IMG/VR virus record: IMGVR_UViG_3300047496_000382
Length of the DNA stretch: 64,000 nucleotides
Direction: 5' to 3' (one strand)
DNA from: a virus
Below the pieces are notes generated by a model. The model did not search any database, was not told the DNA's origin, and saw only the letters and a program-made list of their open reading frames with translations. How positions within the stretch are numbered: the stretch's first letter is position 1; each line of letters opens with the position of its first letter. Positions 63,910 to 64,000 of the stretch are shown here, piece after piece. The position numbers and the translations under genes are program-made.

Positions 63910-64000
63910 TCAGGCAGTGTTTGATGCGCCCGTTGGCGGGTCTACTTGCGCGCCCTCGGTGATGTCGGAAGAAGTGAACTCGAAGTCTTCTGACTGCGAC
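63910..64000 (-). CDS. 3' end of a gene running off the window (partial)
   Basis: ...SEDFEFTSSDITEGAQVDPPTGASNTA* on minus strand. Confidence 0.45.
   Translation of the reverse strand, partial: SQSEDFEFTSSDITEGAQVDPPTGASNTA

Noticed and set aside
1-64000. Prophage in a bacterial chromosome, or an NCLDV
   Set aside because: No integrase, att site or host genes; PolA/DnaB/DnaG/HU and a contractile baseplate indicate a tailed phage despite the SET and GT genes

Overview
The whole 64-kb window looks like part of a large, GC-rich, contractile-tailed (myovirus-like) phage genome. No host housekeeping operons, rRNA, CRISPR array or integrase are visible, and the host cannot be determined from the sequence. 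Layout: (1) 1-12.7 kb, + strand: replication/recombination operon (DnaB-like helicase, DnaG-like primase, gp32-like Zn SSB, family-A DNA polymerase, HU-like protein, RecA/UvsX, Hjc-like nuclease, Cas4-like exonuclease, UvsY-like protein, RusA). (2) 12.7-18.3 kb: lipoprotein, HNH endonuclease, variant ThyX, SNF2 helicase, holin-like protein. (3) 18.3-36.5 kb, - strand: baseplate/tail module with an InPase-domain gene. (4) 36.6-57.6 kb, mostly - strand: accessory region (tRNA-like RNA, RNase HII, NT5C, MazG-like, EndoVII, GH25 endolysin, DnaQ exonuclease, transglycosylase, SLOG, GNAT, SET methyltransferase, glycosyltransferase, many Zn-finger microproteins). (5) 57.7-64 kb: second fibre/spike cluster. 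Top leads: an unannotated tRNA-shaped RNA without an anticodon loop (36602-36713), with its own candidate promoter and terminator; an AFxDELxx(I/L)A peptide tag on three unrelated proteins (candidate capsid-targeting signal); two recurrent promoter-like motifs (leaderless TANNNT-N6/7-ATG, and GG(C/G)ATAAG next to RBS-sequestering stems); and a phage SET methyltransferase. Family assignments come from visual motif recognition, not database searches.
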